Assembly (NCBI GenBank): GCA_032718475.1
Contig: JAUCBJ010005426.1
Span: 1-61,594 of the forward strand
Direction: 5' to 3'
DNA from: Nemertoderma westbladi
Lineage: Eukaryota > Animalia > Xenacoelomorpha
DNA length: 61,594 bases
The stretch's first letter is position 1; each line of letters begins with the position of its first letter. Below the pieces are notes generated by a model. The model had not been told where the DNA came from, did not search any database, and was given only the letters and a program-made list of their open reading frames with translations. Position numbers and translations under genes: made by a program. Below are positions 1 through 12,040 of the stretch, one piece after another.

Positions 1-712
1 TTCTACTGTGTAAGTATCCTTTACTGCATTGTCAGTTTTGAGTTTCTCCCAGTCATAGTTGATTTGCTTGCTTGTTTGGTGGCTTTCAAACTGAGTCTGA
101 TCTCTGCAATCACAATTCTGTGGTCCGAACCAATTAGGTTGAACGAGCTGTATGCCGCGCAGTTGATCATGCTGTTTCTCCACCTTTTGTTTATAAGGAT
201 GTAATCCAGTTGTGCTTTGGTTCCATTAGGGTATTGAAAGGTCCATAGCTTCCCCATACTCTTTTCGAATATGATGTTTGTTGGTATCAAGTCACATTCT
301 TCCATTAGGTCTAAGAGTAAGCAGCCATTCCTGTTCGAACTGGTGTTATAGATGTAACCCTTGATGTTTTCTGGGCCAATTTGATCATTCAGGTCACTGT
401 GCAATGGCTTTGACGTTGTGTTTCGGAATGTCCTTTATAAGTCCAGTCAGATCTTCATAAAACTTGACTGATTGTTCTGGCTCTGATGCATTGGTTGGAC
501 TTGAACTGTGTCAACATATTACTGTTGTTTTGGGATTCCCATCAAATGTTGCATGCAATCATGACCCTGCAATTTATAGATTCGATGTTGTTTAGGTTAA
601 AGTGCAAATGGGCTTTAGCAGAATTCCTATTCCCCCAATTGATGATTTCTTTCTGCTGGGGTTAAAGATTTCCATCCAGCAGAAAGGGCTGCTAACTTCC
701 CTCCATTTCCAA
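1..712 (-). pseudogene. Decayed LINE (RTE-like) apurinic-endonuclease (APE/EEP) domain fragment
   Basis: ORF 21..404 has C-terminal APE motifs (WTFQYPNG..AQLDYILIN..SDHRIV). Upstream frames read FDGNPKTTVIC*..SPTN..FYEDL..IPKHNV with stops and frameshifts. It is cut at ~712 by a Helitron-like element. Confidence 0.85.
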
Positions 713-1752
713 TGTGGGGCGAGCCACGAAGTGAGTGAGCCTTAGCGTAGTGGTACCATTAATCAACCTGTCGTTCTGTCGCGTTCAATTTTAAACGTTA
801 ATAACTCGGCCAAGCTTTGATGAAATCTATCCAAACTTGGTACACATGTTGTTTGGCAAAAGTTTAGAAATTTTCCAAGTAGAATTTCCGTGTGGCCTTC
901 GAGAAGCTAAGATAATAGCAGTTAATTAGTTAATTAAGTTGATTACTGTAAAAACACCATTTTCAACCTGAGTAAAATTAATGTTCTTAAAAATAATATT
1001 ATTATTTTATATGTAACCTAGGAAATTAGCTACATTTTTTCGCTGCAGCTTTAAGAGTGTACATTGATTTAATATTATTTCAATACCCATATTACTACAT
1101 CGGCATAAGATGCGTTGGCGTTGTATCACACATCTCCACATATCACACATCTCCACATAGATGTATCAACAGTTACTCGCACAGTTTCGAAACTTCGCAT
1201 AGTTATAACTGTATAAAGATCGTCAGTCTGCGTTTAGGAAAAATATTTTATGACAAAACAGGACAAGCGACGAGCGCAACGAGCGCAACGAGGCATATAA
1301 TGAAGACGAGTACTGCGTTGACTAAATTATTATATAAACCACCTGGCTTCACATATTGATCGCATCCCTAGTTATTATTATTATAAAGATCGTCCTAGCC
1401 TGCGTTTAAGAAATATATTTAAATACAAAACAGGACGAACGCAAATAGGCTTATAATGAAAACGAGTACTGCGTTTATTATATTCCTATAAACCACCTGG
1501 CTTTGCATATTTAACGTGCGATTGGAAATAAGTTCGTGCTACCCTTCCGTGGGTGGTAGATGTCGCGGTTATGTATTGGTGGTTGGGAAGGGTGGGGGGG
1601 GGGGGGGGGGGGGGGAGATTTGATTTGATTTGCTTTGATTGATTGGTGGTGTGGGTAAATTTCTCAAAACCTGATTTTGTGATACAGTCGCTCAATTTTA
1701 ATTTGTATCTAATAACTGGGCCTCGTGCTGCGCGAAGGCCCCACGAACGTGT
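713..1752 (+). mobile_element. Non-autonomous Helitron/Helentron-like element (GTGGGGC subfamily), 3' end truncated or altered
   Basis: Short subterminal inverted repeat GTGGGGC (714-720) / GCCCCAC (1738-1744). The 5' body resembles DINE-1/HINE-type elements (ctgtc..ataactcggcc..aaacttggtacac). A near-identical inverted copy lies at 60234-61594, related 5' ends at ~48295 and ~48905, and a related 3' end at ~8575-8620. Confidence 0.6.
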
Positions 1753-2088
1753 CATTGTACTGCATGACAGTGTCTTCATGACAAATCCGATGTTCTTGGT
1801 TACTGATGATGTCGATGTTACATTCTATTGCCAGAGCTACCATGTCACCCTGTTTGCTATGAACTTTCAGTGTGCGTGCGTTCAGTAGCAATCTTTTAGA
1901 GTTTTTTTACATATAATTTTTCACATTTATTTTTACATTTTTTCATTCAATCCTAAATGAATTACACTATTGACTCACTTTTTTTGCATGTTATGGCCAC
2001 TTTTCTGTATATTGCGCCTGTACAGTGTAGTGTGTATAATATTTGGTTACAGTTACACAATGCTCTAGAACTCTATTAGGATTCTAAC

Positions 2089-2745
2089 CTGTGTAGCTGG
2101 TGAGAAATTGACTCCACAATCGGGGCAGTTTATATCGGAGGTGACCTCTAACTGCAGACCGGGTATGACAGACAACCCAGACTGCAGATCAGGTATGGCA
2201 GACAACCTGGACTGCAGACCAGGTATGTCAGACAACCCTGACTGCAGATCAGGTATGGCAGACAACCCTGACTGCAGATCAGGTATGGCAGACAACCCTG
2301 ACTGGAGATCAGGTATGGCAGACAACCTGGACTGTAGACCGGGTATGTCAGACATCCCCGACTGCAGATCAGGTATGGCAGACAACCTAGACTGCTGACT
2401 CTCTCCCGTGGCAGACAACCCGGACTGCACACTCGTCTCCTCCATGACGTCATCCACGACGGGACCACCGGCCATCCCGTCGCCGTCCACCGTCACCGCG
2501 TAGAAGTGTCGCCCCGTCGTCCCGACAACGGCCGAGGGACTCGTAACCGAATCCGTACTCCCGGAGAGTTGGAACCCCGGGGTGTCCGAAGTCGGCGATC
2601 GTGTCTCGGACTCCAGGAATACCTGTGTATCCGAACTGGGGGATCGGATATCCGATCGGCCCTCCGACTCGAGCCCGCTGTCCACTGCCGCTGCCGTCCG
2701 TTCCATCGGACTGCAGTCCCTGACGACTGCGGGGTCCCGGGGTCC
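2089..2745 (-). CDS. Internal coding exon (phase 0-0, 219 codons) with 10-aa repeats and a terminal CxxC; probably exon 7 of the large minus-strand gene
   Basis: GC-rich open frame bounded by acceptor ttttattttag|GGA (2745) and donor CAG|gttaga (2089). It ends INCPDCGVNFSPATQ, which resembles the first half of a zinc finger. Confidence 0.65.
2151..2429 (-). repeat. Coding 30-bp minisatellite (~9 units, SGLSAIPDLQ)
   Basis: Unit gactgcagatcaggtatggcagacaaccct repeated in frame inside the exon. Confidence 0.9.
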
Positions 2746-3261
2746 CTAAAATAAAAATAACCACATTTGAATATGAAAACCGTTTTCAATTTCACCAATA
2801 ATTTGCTTCGCATGTTGAAAAACATCGATATATCGCGAGTTTAAAAATATATCTCGAGGAAAAATATCAATAGTAGTAAAATTGGCAACTGTATAATTTT
2901 CGAAATGAAACACTAGCTACCAATGAAAACCCTAGCTAGTTCCATAGAAACTAAAATACAAATTATTTTTGTAAAAACACTATATTAGCTACCATTGAAA
3001 ACTCTAGGAAACTATAGTCTTATTTAAAAAAATAAATATTTTTCAAGTCTCGATATTTTTCACAATACCACGGAAAGGAACAGGTTTCAGATGAGGCGTT
3101 TCATAAACAAAACAATAAATTAAAGATACTAAATTTCATTCGCGTCCACTTTATTTTTGTCACTATCTGACATTTGGAGACGCTAAAATGGGTCTTTTTT
3201 TTCATTTTCAGGACTTTCATCAATGTTTTTTTTAATTAGATTAGACCGCGTTCACACTACT

Positions 3262-6200
3262 AGGGGTGTCCAGGAATTCCGTTCCGGCCGGAATTGCCGG
3301 AATGGGGTCGATTCCGGCCGGAATTTTACCGGAAATACTTTACTAGGTAGCTAACTAGTTTGATAGTTGCAATTAGTTTGTTAATTTATTATCAAAATTT
3401 ATATATTTTTTAAACATTTCAACACTTGCAATAAGGGAAAATTCACTACCACCCCGTTTTTTAAAGTGATTTCAGTCTTGATGGGTATGTATCTACTATA
3501 TGCATGCAACACATTTCCAAAAAAGAATTTCGCCGGATAATCAAACTAAAATGATCCCGCCAGCTGTTACACCTACTGCTGCAGTATTCATAATATTCAC
3601 AACAAACTGTTTTAATTTACATTAACTACTGTAATTAAACATCTTGTCGTTCCGAACTGAACTTTGTATGAAATGCATTAACGACTTGTTTTTACAATTT
3701 GCTTATGACACTTATATAGTTTGATTTTACAATATTTTACTTTGATTTAATTATTAAATAAAATGATATTATTATTGGTATTGTCCAACATAACATAGTG
3801 TTACCACTATAACTTTACAGCTTCGCTTATTTCCATGGGGGGGTCCTTTTCCTCTATGATACTTGGTTACAAATACACTACGCTAACCTAAAACCAATAT
3901 AAATCGTTATTACACAACGTACAGGTCCTGCGCCTTATGGTACTGTGATATTAGGACCTGGGTCATTAGCGTTAGGTCCTGGGTCATTAGCGTTAGGTCC
4001 TGGGTCATTAGCGTTAGGTCCTGGGTCATTAGCGTTAGGTCCTGGGTCATTAGCGTTAGGTCCTGGGTCATTATAGGTTAGGTCCTGGGTCATTAGCGTT
4101 AGGTCCTGGGTCATTAGCGTTAGGTTCTGGGTCATTATCGTTAGATCCTGGGTCATTAGTGTTAGGTCCTGGGTCATTAGCGTTAGGTCCTGCGACATTA
4201 GCGTTAGGTCCTAGGTCATTAGCGTTAGGTCCTGGGTCATTAGCGTTAGGTCCTGCGACATTAGCGTTGGATCCTGGGTCGTTAGTGTTAGGTCCTGGGT
4301 CATTAGCGTTAGGTCCTGGGTCATTAGCGTTAGGTCCTAGGTCATTAGCGTTAGGTCCTGGGTCATTAGCGTTAGGTCCTAGGTCATTAGCGTTAGGTCC
4401 TGGGTCATTAGCGTTAGGTCCTGGGTCATTAGCGTTAGGTCCTGAGTCATTATCGTTAGGTTCTGGGTCATTGGCGTTAGATCTTGGGTCATTGGCGTTA
4501 GGTCCTGGGCCATTAGCGTTAGGTCCTGCGACATTAGCGTTAGGTCCTATGTCATTAGCGTTAGGTCCTGTGTCATTAGGGTTAGGTCCTGGGTCATTAG
4601 CGTTAGGTCCTGGGTCATTAGCGTTAGGTCCTGGGTCATTAGCGTTAGGTCCTGGGTCATTCGCGTTAGGTCATTAACATTAGGTCCTGGGTCATTAGCG
4701 TTAGGTCCTTGGTCATTAGCGTTAGGTCCTGGGTCATTAGCGTTAGGTCCTTGGTCATTGGCGTTAGGTCCTGGGTCATTAGCGTTGGGTCCTGGGTCAT
4801 TAGCGTTAAGTCCTGGGTCATTAGCGTTAGGTCCTGGGTCATTAACGTTAGGTCCTTGGTCATTAGCGTTAGGTCCTGGGTCATTAGCGTTAGGTCCTGG
4901 GTCATTAGCGTTAGGTCCTGGGTCATTCGCGTTAGGTCATTAACATTAGGTCCTGGGTCATTGGCGTTAGGTCCTTGGTCATTAGCGTTAGGTCCTGGGT
5001 CATTAGCGTTAGGTCCTTGGTCGTTGGCGTTAGGTCCTGGGTCATTAGCGTTAGGTCCTGGGTCATTAACGTTAGGTCCTTGGTCATTAGCGTTAGGTCC
5101 TGGGTTATTAGCGTTAGGTCCTGGGTCATTAGCGTTAGGTCCTGGGTCATTCGCGTTGGGTCGTTGGCGTTAGGTCCTGGGTCATTAGCGTTAGGTCCTT
5201 GGTCATTAGCGTTAGGTCCTGGGTCATTAGCGTTAGGTCCTTGGTCATTGGCGTTAGGTCCTGGGTCATTAGCGTTAGGTCCTGGGTCATTAGCGTTAAG
5301 TCCTGGGTCATTAGCGTTAGGTCCTGGGTCATTGGCGTTGGGTCCTGGGTCATTAGCGTTAGGTCCTTGGTCATTGGCGTTAGGTCCTGGGTCATTAGCG
5401 TTAGGTCCTGGGTCATTAGCGTTAAGTCCTGGGTCATTAGCGTTAGGTCCTGGGTCATTAGCGTTAGGTCCTTGGTCATTAGCGTTAGGTCCTGGGTTAG
5501 TGTTAGGTCCTGCGTCATTAGCGTTAGGTCCTGGATCATTAGCGTTAGGTCCTGGGTCATTAGCGTTAAGTCCTGGGTCATTAGCGTTAGGTCCTAGGTC
5601 ATTAGCGTTAGGTCCTGGGTCATTAGAGGTTAGGTCCTGGGTCATTAGCGTTAGGTCCTGGGTCATTGTCGTTAGGTTCTGGGTCATTGGCGTTAGATCT
5701 TGGGTCATTGGCGTTAGGTCCTGGGCCATTAGCGTTAGGTCCTGCGACATTAGCGTTAGGTCCTGGGTCATTAGCGTTAGGTCCTTGGTCATTGGCGTTA
5801 GGTCCTGGGTCATTAGCGTTAGGTCCTGGGTCATTAGCGTTAGGTCCTGGGTCATTAGCGTTAGGTCCTGGGTCATTCGCGTTAGGTCATTAACATTAGG
5901 TCCTGGGTCATTAGCGTTAGGTCCTGGGTCATTGGCGTTAGGTCCTGGGTCATTAGCGTTAGGTCCTGGGTCATTAGCGTTAAGTCCTGGGTCATTAGCT
6001 TTATGTCCTGGGTCATTAGCGTTAGGTCCTGGGTCATTAGCGTTAGGTCCTGGGTCATTCGCGTTGGGTCGTTGGCGTTAGGTCCTGGGTCATTAGCGTT
6101 AGGTCCTTGGTCATTAGCGTTAGGTCCTGGGTCATTAGCGTTAGGTCCTTGGTCATTGGCGTTAGGTCCTGGGTCATTAGCGTTAGGTCCTGGGTCATTA

Positions 6201-7987
6201 GCGTTAAGTCCTGGGTCATTAGCGTTAGGTCCTGGGTCATTGGCGTTGGGTCCTGGGTCATTAGCGTTAGGTCCTTGGTCATTGGCGTTAGGTCCTGGGT
6301 CATTAGCGTTAGGTCCTGGGTCATTAGCGTTAAGTCCTGGGTCATTAGCGTTAGGTCCTGGGTCATTAGCGTTAGGTCCTTGGTCATTAGCGTTAGGTCC
6401 TGGGTCATTAGCGTTAGGTCCTTGGTCATTGGCGTTAGGTCCTGGGTCATTAGCGTTAGGTCCTGGGTCATTAGCGTTAAGTCCTGGGTCATTAGCGTTA
6501 GGTCCTGGGTCATTAGCGTTAGGTCCTGGGTCATTAGCGTTAGGTCCTGGGTCATTGGCGTTAGGTCCTGGGTCATTAGCGTTAGGTCCTGGGTCATTAG
6601 CGTTAAGTCCTGGGTCATTAGCGTTAGGTCCTGGGTCATTAGCGTTAGGTCCTGCGTCATTAGCGTTAGGTCCTGGGTCATTAGCGTTAGGTCCTGGGTC
6701 ATTAGCGTTAAGTCCTGGGTCATTAGCGTTAGGTCCTAGGTCATTAGCGTTAGGTCCTGGGTCATTAGAGGTTAGGTCCTGGGTCATTAGCGTTAGGTCC
6801 TGGGTCATTATCGTTAGGTTCTGGGTCATTGGCGTTAGATCTTGGGTCATTGGCGTTAGGTCCTGGGCCATTAACGTTAGGTCCTGCGACATTAGCGTTA
6901 GGTCCTATGTCATTAGCGTTAGGTCCTGTGTCATTAGGGTTAGGTCCTGGGTCATTAGCGTTAGGTCCTGGGTCATTAGCGTTAGGTCCTGGGTCATTAG
7001 CGTTAGGTCCTGGGTCATTCGCGTTAGGTCATTAACATTAGGTCCTGGGTCATTAGCGTTAGGTCCTGGGTCATTGGCGTTAGGTCCTGGGTCATTAGCG
7101 TTAGGTCCTGGGTCATTAGCGTTAAGTCCTGGGTCATTAGCTTTAGGTCCTGGGTCATTAGCGTTAGGTCCTGGGTCATTAGCGTTAGGTCCTGGGTCAT
7201 TAGCGTTAGGTCCTGGGTCATTAACGTTAGGTCCTGGGTCATTAACGTTAGGTCCTGGGTCATTAGCGTTAGGTCCTAGGTCATTAGCTTTAGGTCCTTA
7301 GCTTTAGGTCCTGGGTCATTAGCGTTAGGTCCTGGCTCATTAGCGTTAGGTCCTGGGTCATTATCGTTAGGTCCTAGGTCATTAGCGTTAGGTCCTGGGT
7401 CATTAGCGTTAGGTCCTGGGTCATTAGCGTTAGGTCCTGGGTCATTAGCGTTAGGTCCTGGGTCATTAGCGTTAGGTCCTAGGTCATTAGCGTTAGGTCC
7501 TGGGTCATTAGCGTTAGGTCCTGGGTCATTAGCGTTAGGTCCTGGGTCATTAGCGTTAGGTCCTGGGTCAATAGCGTTAGGTCTTGGGTCATTAGCGTTA
7601 GAACATTTACTATATTTTGACTCTCGTTTTTTGTTTTGGTTCGAATAAAATGTCACTGTAACATGCTCCTTATTTTCCCTAACTACACTAGGATATTGCC
7701 CCAAAGGACCCGACTAATGATATGAGGCCTAACTTTTGATCAAGGTTAAAGGTTTTTTGAAAAAAAAAATTAATGCCCTTTAAAGACGAAGTACTCCCCT
7801 ACCCAATAATCAATTTATCTTCCTGGGTCCACTCCTCCTACGCTTCCCAAAGTGTAAGGTGCTGAAGTAGTAAAATAAAAAAAATTTCACAGAAATTATA
7901 AAGTTTCATGGGTCATTTAGTGTATTTCAATAATTATACAAAATTCCGGTTCCGGTCGGAATCAAAATATCGATCCCTGGATCCCTG
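3262..7987. mobile_element. Putative non-autonomous hAT-like element containing the 21-bp satellite
   Basis: Ends aggggtgtccagga.. / ..tccctggatccctg form an imperfect TIR. Clustered ttccgg/ccggaa motifs occur at both ends (3276-3334, 7943-7962). No clear 8-bp TSD. Confidence 0.4.
3951..7601. repeat. 21-bp satellite (ttaggtcctgggtcattagcg), ~170-175 copies, with block duplications
   Basis: Directly visible. The marker variant ttcgcgttaggtcattaacattagg recurs at ~4660, 4926, 5876 and 7018. Confidence 0.97.
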
Positions 7988-8258
7988 GGCAAAGTCAAAA
8001 GAAAGAAAATAAATTTAGCTAACAATAATGAATAATAATACATTATACATAAGGGCATTCTAGAAAAAAATATATTTCATGTGATGTGTTTAACATTTTG
8101 TCTTTTGACTTTGACTCGGTAGTGTGAACGCGGCCTAAATTAATAATATACAGTACAAATTATTTTTTGATGATAATCATATTTGATGTGATTTTAATTA
8201 AGCAATCAAGTAATTTAATTGATAAAAAAATCAAATAAATAATATAAATTAAAATTAC

Positions 8259-8465
8259 CTGTGGTTCCAAGGGGAACGGTTCTGTGCTGCCAGCACCATC
8301 TAGCGCTCCATCTAGGTTATCGTAGAACAGAGGCACCTGTCTGTCAGCGGTACCCCAATCGATTTTACTACCGGTATTTCTGTCCTTCAGACAACTTCGG
8401 GGAAATGTTAAGGACCGTGATCGGGCAGACGTCTCATTGAGGTCATCGTTATTCCGTTGCCATGG
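8259..8465 (-). CDS. Internal coding exon (phase 0-0, 69 codons; PWQRNNDD...FPLEPQ); probably exon 6 of the large minus-strand gene
   Basis: GC-richer open frame between acceptor cattgcag|CCA and donor CAG|gtaatt, flanked by AT-rich intron-like DNA. Confidence 0.6.
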
Positions 8466-8574
8466 CTGCAATGATTGTATTTATTGGTTAGTGTTGGTAT
8501 GAGTTAATATTTTTTAAAGATACGGAAATACCTCTCGAACTTTTGACTCAAGATCAAATCGAACTTATCAAGTT

Positions 8575-8620
8575 CGCTTGCGGCGCGACGCCCCACGAAC
8601 GTGTTAAATACAAGCTCTAA
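8575..8620 (+). mobile_element. Isolated 3' end of the GTGGGGC Helitron-like subfamily
   Basis: gcgcgacgccccacgaacgtgt matches 1730-1752 and is followed by an imperfect hairpin and ctaa. Confidence 0.45.
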
Positions 8621-9941
8621 TTACTATGAACCTAGCCGAATAAAAAAGGCGGGGATAATTTATGTTTCAAAACAGGGTTTACACAAGCCGACAACTATGG
8701 AACTATGTATGGCATACTTTCAGGTTTTTAATTCACTAGAATTTTTGGATCGATAATAATATTATTGCAAAAATCATATATTTATATTGCAATAAAGTTT
8801 ATAATTTTGCGAAAAAATTAATATTACTGCAAAAGAATAAGTTTATTGCATATGAGGTAAAACTAATTTTATTGCCATAAAATTAATAATGTTGCGAAAA
8901 AAATAAAATTAATATTGTTCATGCAAAAAAATAATTTTATTTTGATATAATAAATAATATTATTGTAAATTTATTTTGATAAAATGAATAATATTATTGT
9001 AAATTTATTTTGATAAAATTAATAATATTATTGTGAAAAAGTAAGTTGTAACAAGTTGAAAAGAAACGTAAAAGATTTCCCCGATAATTGACAAAATGCA
9101 GACTTCAGTATCACCGATTTTGCAGTGTCACCATCCCAAATTTCCAATCCCTTATATCAAAATACTGAAATACCAGTACCAGTACCGACACGACACGGCA
9201 CCCACAGTTCACTTTTGCACACGGTAGGCAGTAGGCCTAGGGTCTGACGGTACAGGTAGGCCTAGTCCTGTAGTCTGTACCAACACGCAGGACCACGTTT
9301 TTGAGATTGTATTTCTGTATTATTGACCTTGCTTTTCAGCTAGCTATTACTGTATTACCGTACGGTAGGCCTACCTGATTACTGTAGCCTATTACCGGTA
9401 CGCGGTACCGTACTGCAGTAGTAGGCCTACTGCCGTATCGCATATCTACCGTACCATACATACATCTGTACATGCATACTGGCATACCGGTACCTGATTT
9501 ATAAGTCAGGAAGTAGTAAGAAGTAGGACTAATTGAAACCGTGGGATGTGAGTCCGAGCCCTTATTTATAACTGTGGATCTTCTTTTGACAGTCTGGGTA
9601 CTCGTACTGCTGCACCCGCCTGGACTGGCAACTGGCTTTTAAAAACAGCTGTATTTAATTTACTTGTCTGCCTGTAGCAGTAGCAGTGTAGGCTAGTGTA
9701 GGATGTGCCTACTTCATACTTGCTGACTGAATCACTTAAACAAAGGTAGGTCTGAATTTATGAATATTTAACGGTCAGACGGTAGTCTGGTAGTTGTATA
9801 TGCGAGCATTGTGCATTGTGAGCAAACGTACTCGCATTGTGAGCAGACGTACTCATATGCGACTTTTAAATAATTACCGGTGTGCTATTATCAGATTATT
9901 GTGGATTGCCTTTAAGCAGTTAAGTGTGTAATTAGACCGAA

Positions 9942-10694
9942 ATGTCGCGTCGCTATGACTCCCGTACCACTATGTTCTCCCCAGAGGGGCGCCTCTACCA
10001 GGTGGAATACGCGATGGAAGCAATTGGGAACGCGGGAACATGTCTGGGAATACTCGCTAAAGACGGTATTCTACTCGCCTGCGAGAAACGCATCACAAAC
10101 AAACTCCTAGACGAGATATTCGAGACGGAGAAACTCTACCGTCTGAGCCCCAACATGGTCTGCAGCGTGGCTGGGATCACAAGTGACGCCAACACGCTGG
10201 TTAACGAGCTGAGACTGATCGCGCAACGCTACCAACTGAACTACCAGGAATCGATGCCGTGCGAGCAACTTGTGGCCTCCATGTGCGACGTTAAGCAAGC
10301 GTACACGCAGTTCGGAGGTAAGCGACCATTCGGTGTGTCGCTACTGTACGCGGGATGGGACCATCACTTCGGTTTACAGTTGTACCAATCCGACCCCAGT
10401 GGGAACTACAGCGGCTGGAAGGCCACCTGTATAGGGGCGAACAACGCGCAAGCCATCAGCTCGTTGGACAGCGATTACAAGTCCGATATGAGTCTGCAGG
10501 AAGCAATTCCTCTAGCAATCAAGGTCATGTACAAGATTATGGATCAGAACAAACTCACGGCGGAGAAGTTGGAGATTGCAACGGTTACGAGGACCGATGA
10601 AGGGACCACGGAGATGACTATAATCCCCAGGGAAACCGTCGCTGAACTTATCACCAAACGAGAACAGGAAATCGCTCAAGAAACTCAAAAGTAG
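9942..10694 (+). CDS. PSMA4: Proteasome subunit alpha type-4 (20S alpha3), intronless CDS
   Basis: N-terminal alpha signature [28 protein letters not shown], plus [15 protein letters not shown] and [18 protein letters not shown]. Full-length 250 aa. A candidate 5'-UTR intron starts aag|gtaggt at 9746. Confidence 0.97.
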   Translation: MSRRYDSRTTMFSPEGRLYQVEYAMEAIGNAGTCLGILAKDGILLACEKRITNKLLDEIFETEKLYRLSPNMVCSVAGITSDANTLVNELRLIAQRYQLNYQESMPCEQLVASMCDVKQAYTQFGGKRPFGVSLLYAGWDHHFGLQLYQSDPSGNYSGWKATCIGANNAQAISSLDSDYKSDMSLQEAIPLAIKVMYKIMDQNKLTAEKLEIATVTRTDEGTTEMTIIPRETVAELITKREQEIAQETQK

Positions 10695-10875
10695 CATTAT
10701 TATTCGTAATTCATCCAACTTAAGGAACTTTAAATGAACTTTATAAAGCGAGTTTTCTTTCTATTATTATAATATTATAAATATATTATTTGTGCTACTC
10801 CGTGCGGACGAGTTGTAATAGAGAGTTGTACACTATATTTTGTCAATTTCCTTTCAATGCTCATTTTATTTTGTC

Positions 10876-12040
10876 TACCACTACTACTATAATCGGCCTG
10901 CTGCCTTGAGACTGAACATTGAGTTGAGATGCTATGACACAACTCCCTACCCCCCATGAATTTCGTGAGATTATCTGCATCTTCAAGGCCAGTGTCCTTT
11001 AGGGGGCGTCTCACGGAAGTCATGGGCTGTCCACCATGCTTATTTTCTCCATGGGGCTGCCAAAGCACAAGATTGTGCTCAAGCTGATCCTCATGGCGAA
11101 AACAATGTCCTGCAAAGCGACTTTGTATCGCCAGGGGCGCCTTTGTTCTAGTGTCAAGCTTGGGGAAACCAATGAACATATATAGTGTCTGATTGGAGAT
11201 GTGTGCATTGTACTTGACGGTGGACTCTCATAGAGGAGTACTGGAACTACTGCTGCTCTAAATAAACGGACCTTAAGTTTCCGATGAATTCTGTGTGACT
11301 TCCAAATCATGGAAAGCCCATTCAATACTACCTATATTACCTAATATTACATATTCATGATTACAGGTAACATAAGTCGCCCTCAAGCTCAAACATACCA
11401 TCCTTTGAGCTTATGCCCATCCTATCATAGATTTGTTGAAGACTTTCAAAGTTAACTGTCAAAATTTTGGTCATTTTTGAGTTAACAAAAAGACCAACAC
11501 TAGAAGCAGCCTGTTTAAATGAACTGAGAAGCCATTGGGCTCCCTCTAGTGATTCTGAGAGGAATCCAACGTCATCACCAAAGTCTAAACCAGTTAGGTA
11601 CTTAACAGGATTTCTTCAACTTCTGGAGCCAGTCCAGAAGGTGCAGTTACCATCATTCAATCATCACTATGATGATCTAAGGACATGTGTAGAACATAGT
11701 CAACCACAATAATGAATAAGATAAGAATGGTGCAAGTGTGTCTCCCTGGAGGACGCCCCATAACACTTAGAATCGTTATGTGTCACATCAACAGTAGACA
11801 CAAATATCGTCGAACCATCGCATACTGATCTGATTGCTGCAATCATTTCATCAGCATCCCATATATTGAAAGTATGCTGAACATACGTGAGAGAGAGACT
11901 GAATCAAATGCCTTGACGAAGTCATAATAGGCAGACGTCTGTCTCTCTTTGATAATAACTCTTATATCATCCTTCTAAGTGCCAGGATAGGTACCAACCA
12001 CTCACAATCTCTACGGAAGCCATTCTGATTTCCACGTAGT
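10876..12040 (-). pseudogene. Decayed RTE-like LINE 3' half (RT and C-terminus) with (TAG)n-like tail
   Basis: Same family as 38505-39833 (IWKS.RI.RKLKVRLFRAAVVPVLLY, RFAGHCFR.EDQ..HNLVLWQPHG.NKHGGQPMT), with many frameshifts and deletions. Minus strand ends ...gccgattatagtagtagtggtag. Confidence 0.88.

Larger units (their letters stand above)
3244..8135. mobile_element. Short MITE (PIF/Harbinger-like TIR) interrupted by a 4.7-kb nested insertion
   Basis: gaccgcgttcacactac (3244-3260) is the inverse of gtagtgtgaacgcggcc (8119-8135) with 1 mismatch. The inner TIR part caaagtcaaaaga (7990-8002) pairs with tcttttgactttg (8101-8113), so the left TIR is split by the insert. Confidence 0.6.

Noticed and set aside
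1594-1616. Poly-G tract as a functional G-quadruplex
   Set aside because: It lies within a dispersed repeat, its length differs in the second copy, and homopolymer length is error-prone.
3951-7601. Telomere-like TTAGG in the 21-bp unit
   Set aside because: Only one TTAGG per 21-mer, interstitial, and no pure (TTAGG)n or (TTAGGG)n run.
3935-7704. Long ORFs (MTQDLTL / ALGPGSL / NDPGPNA repeats, up to 432 aa)
   Set aside because: They are artefacts of a 21-bp unit that is stop-free in several frames on both strands. Frames switch at indels and there is no unique coding flank.
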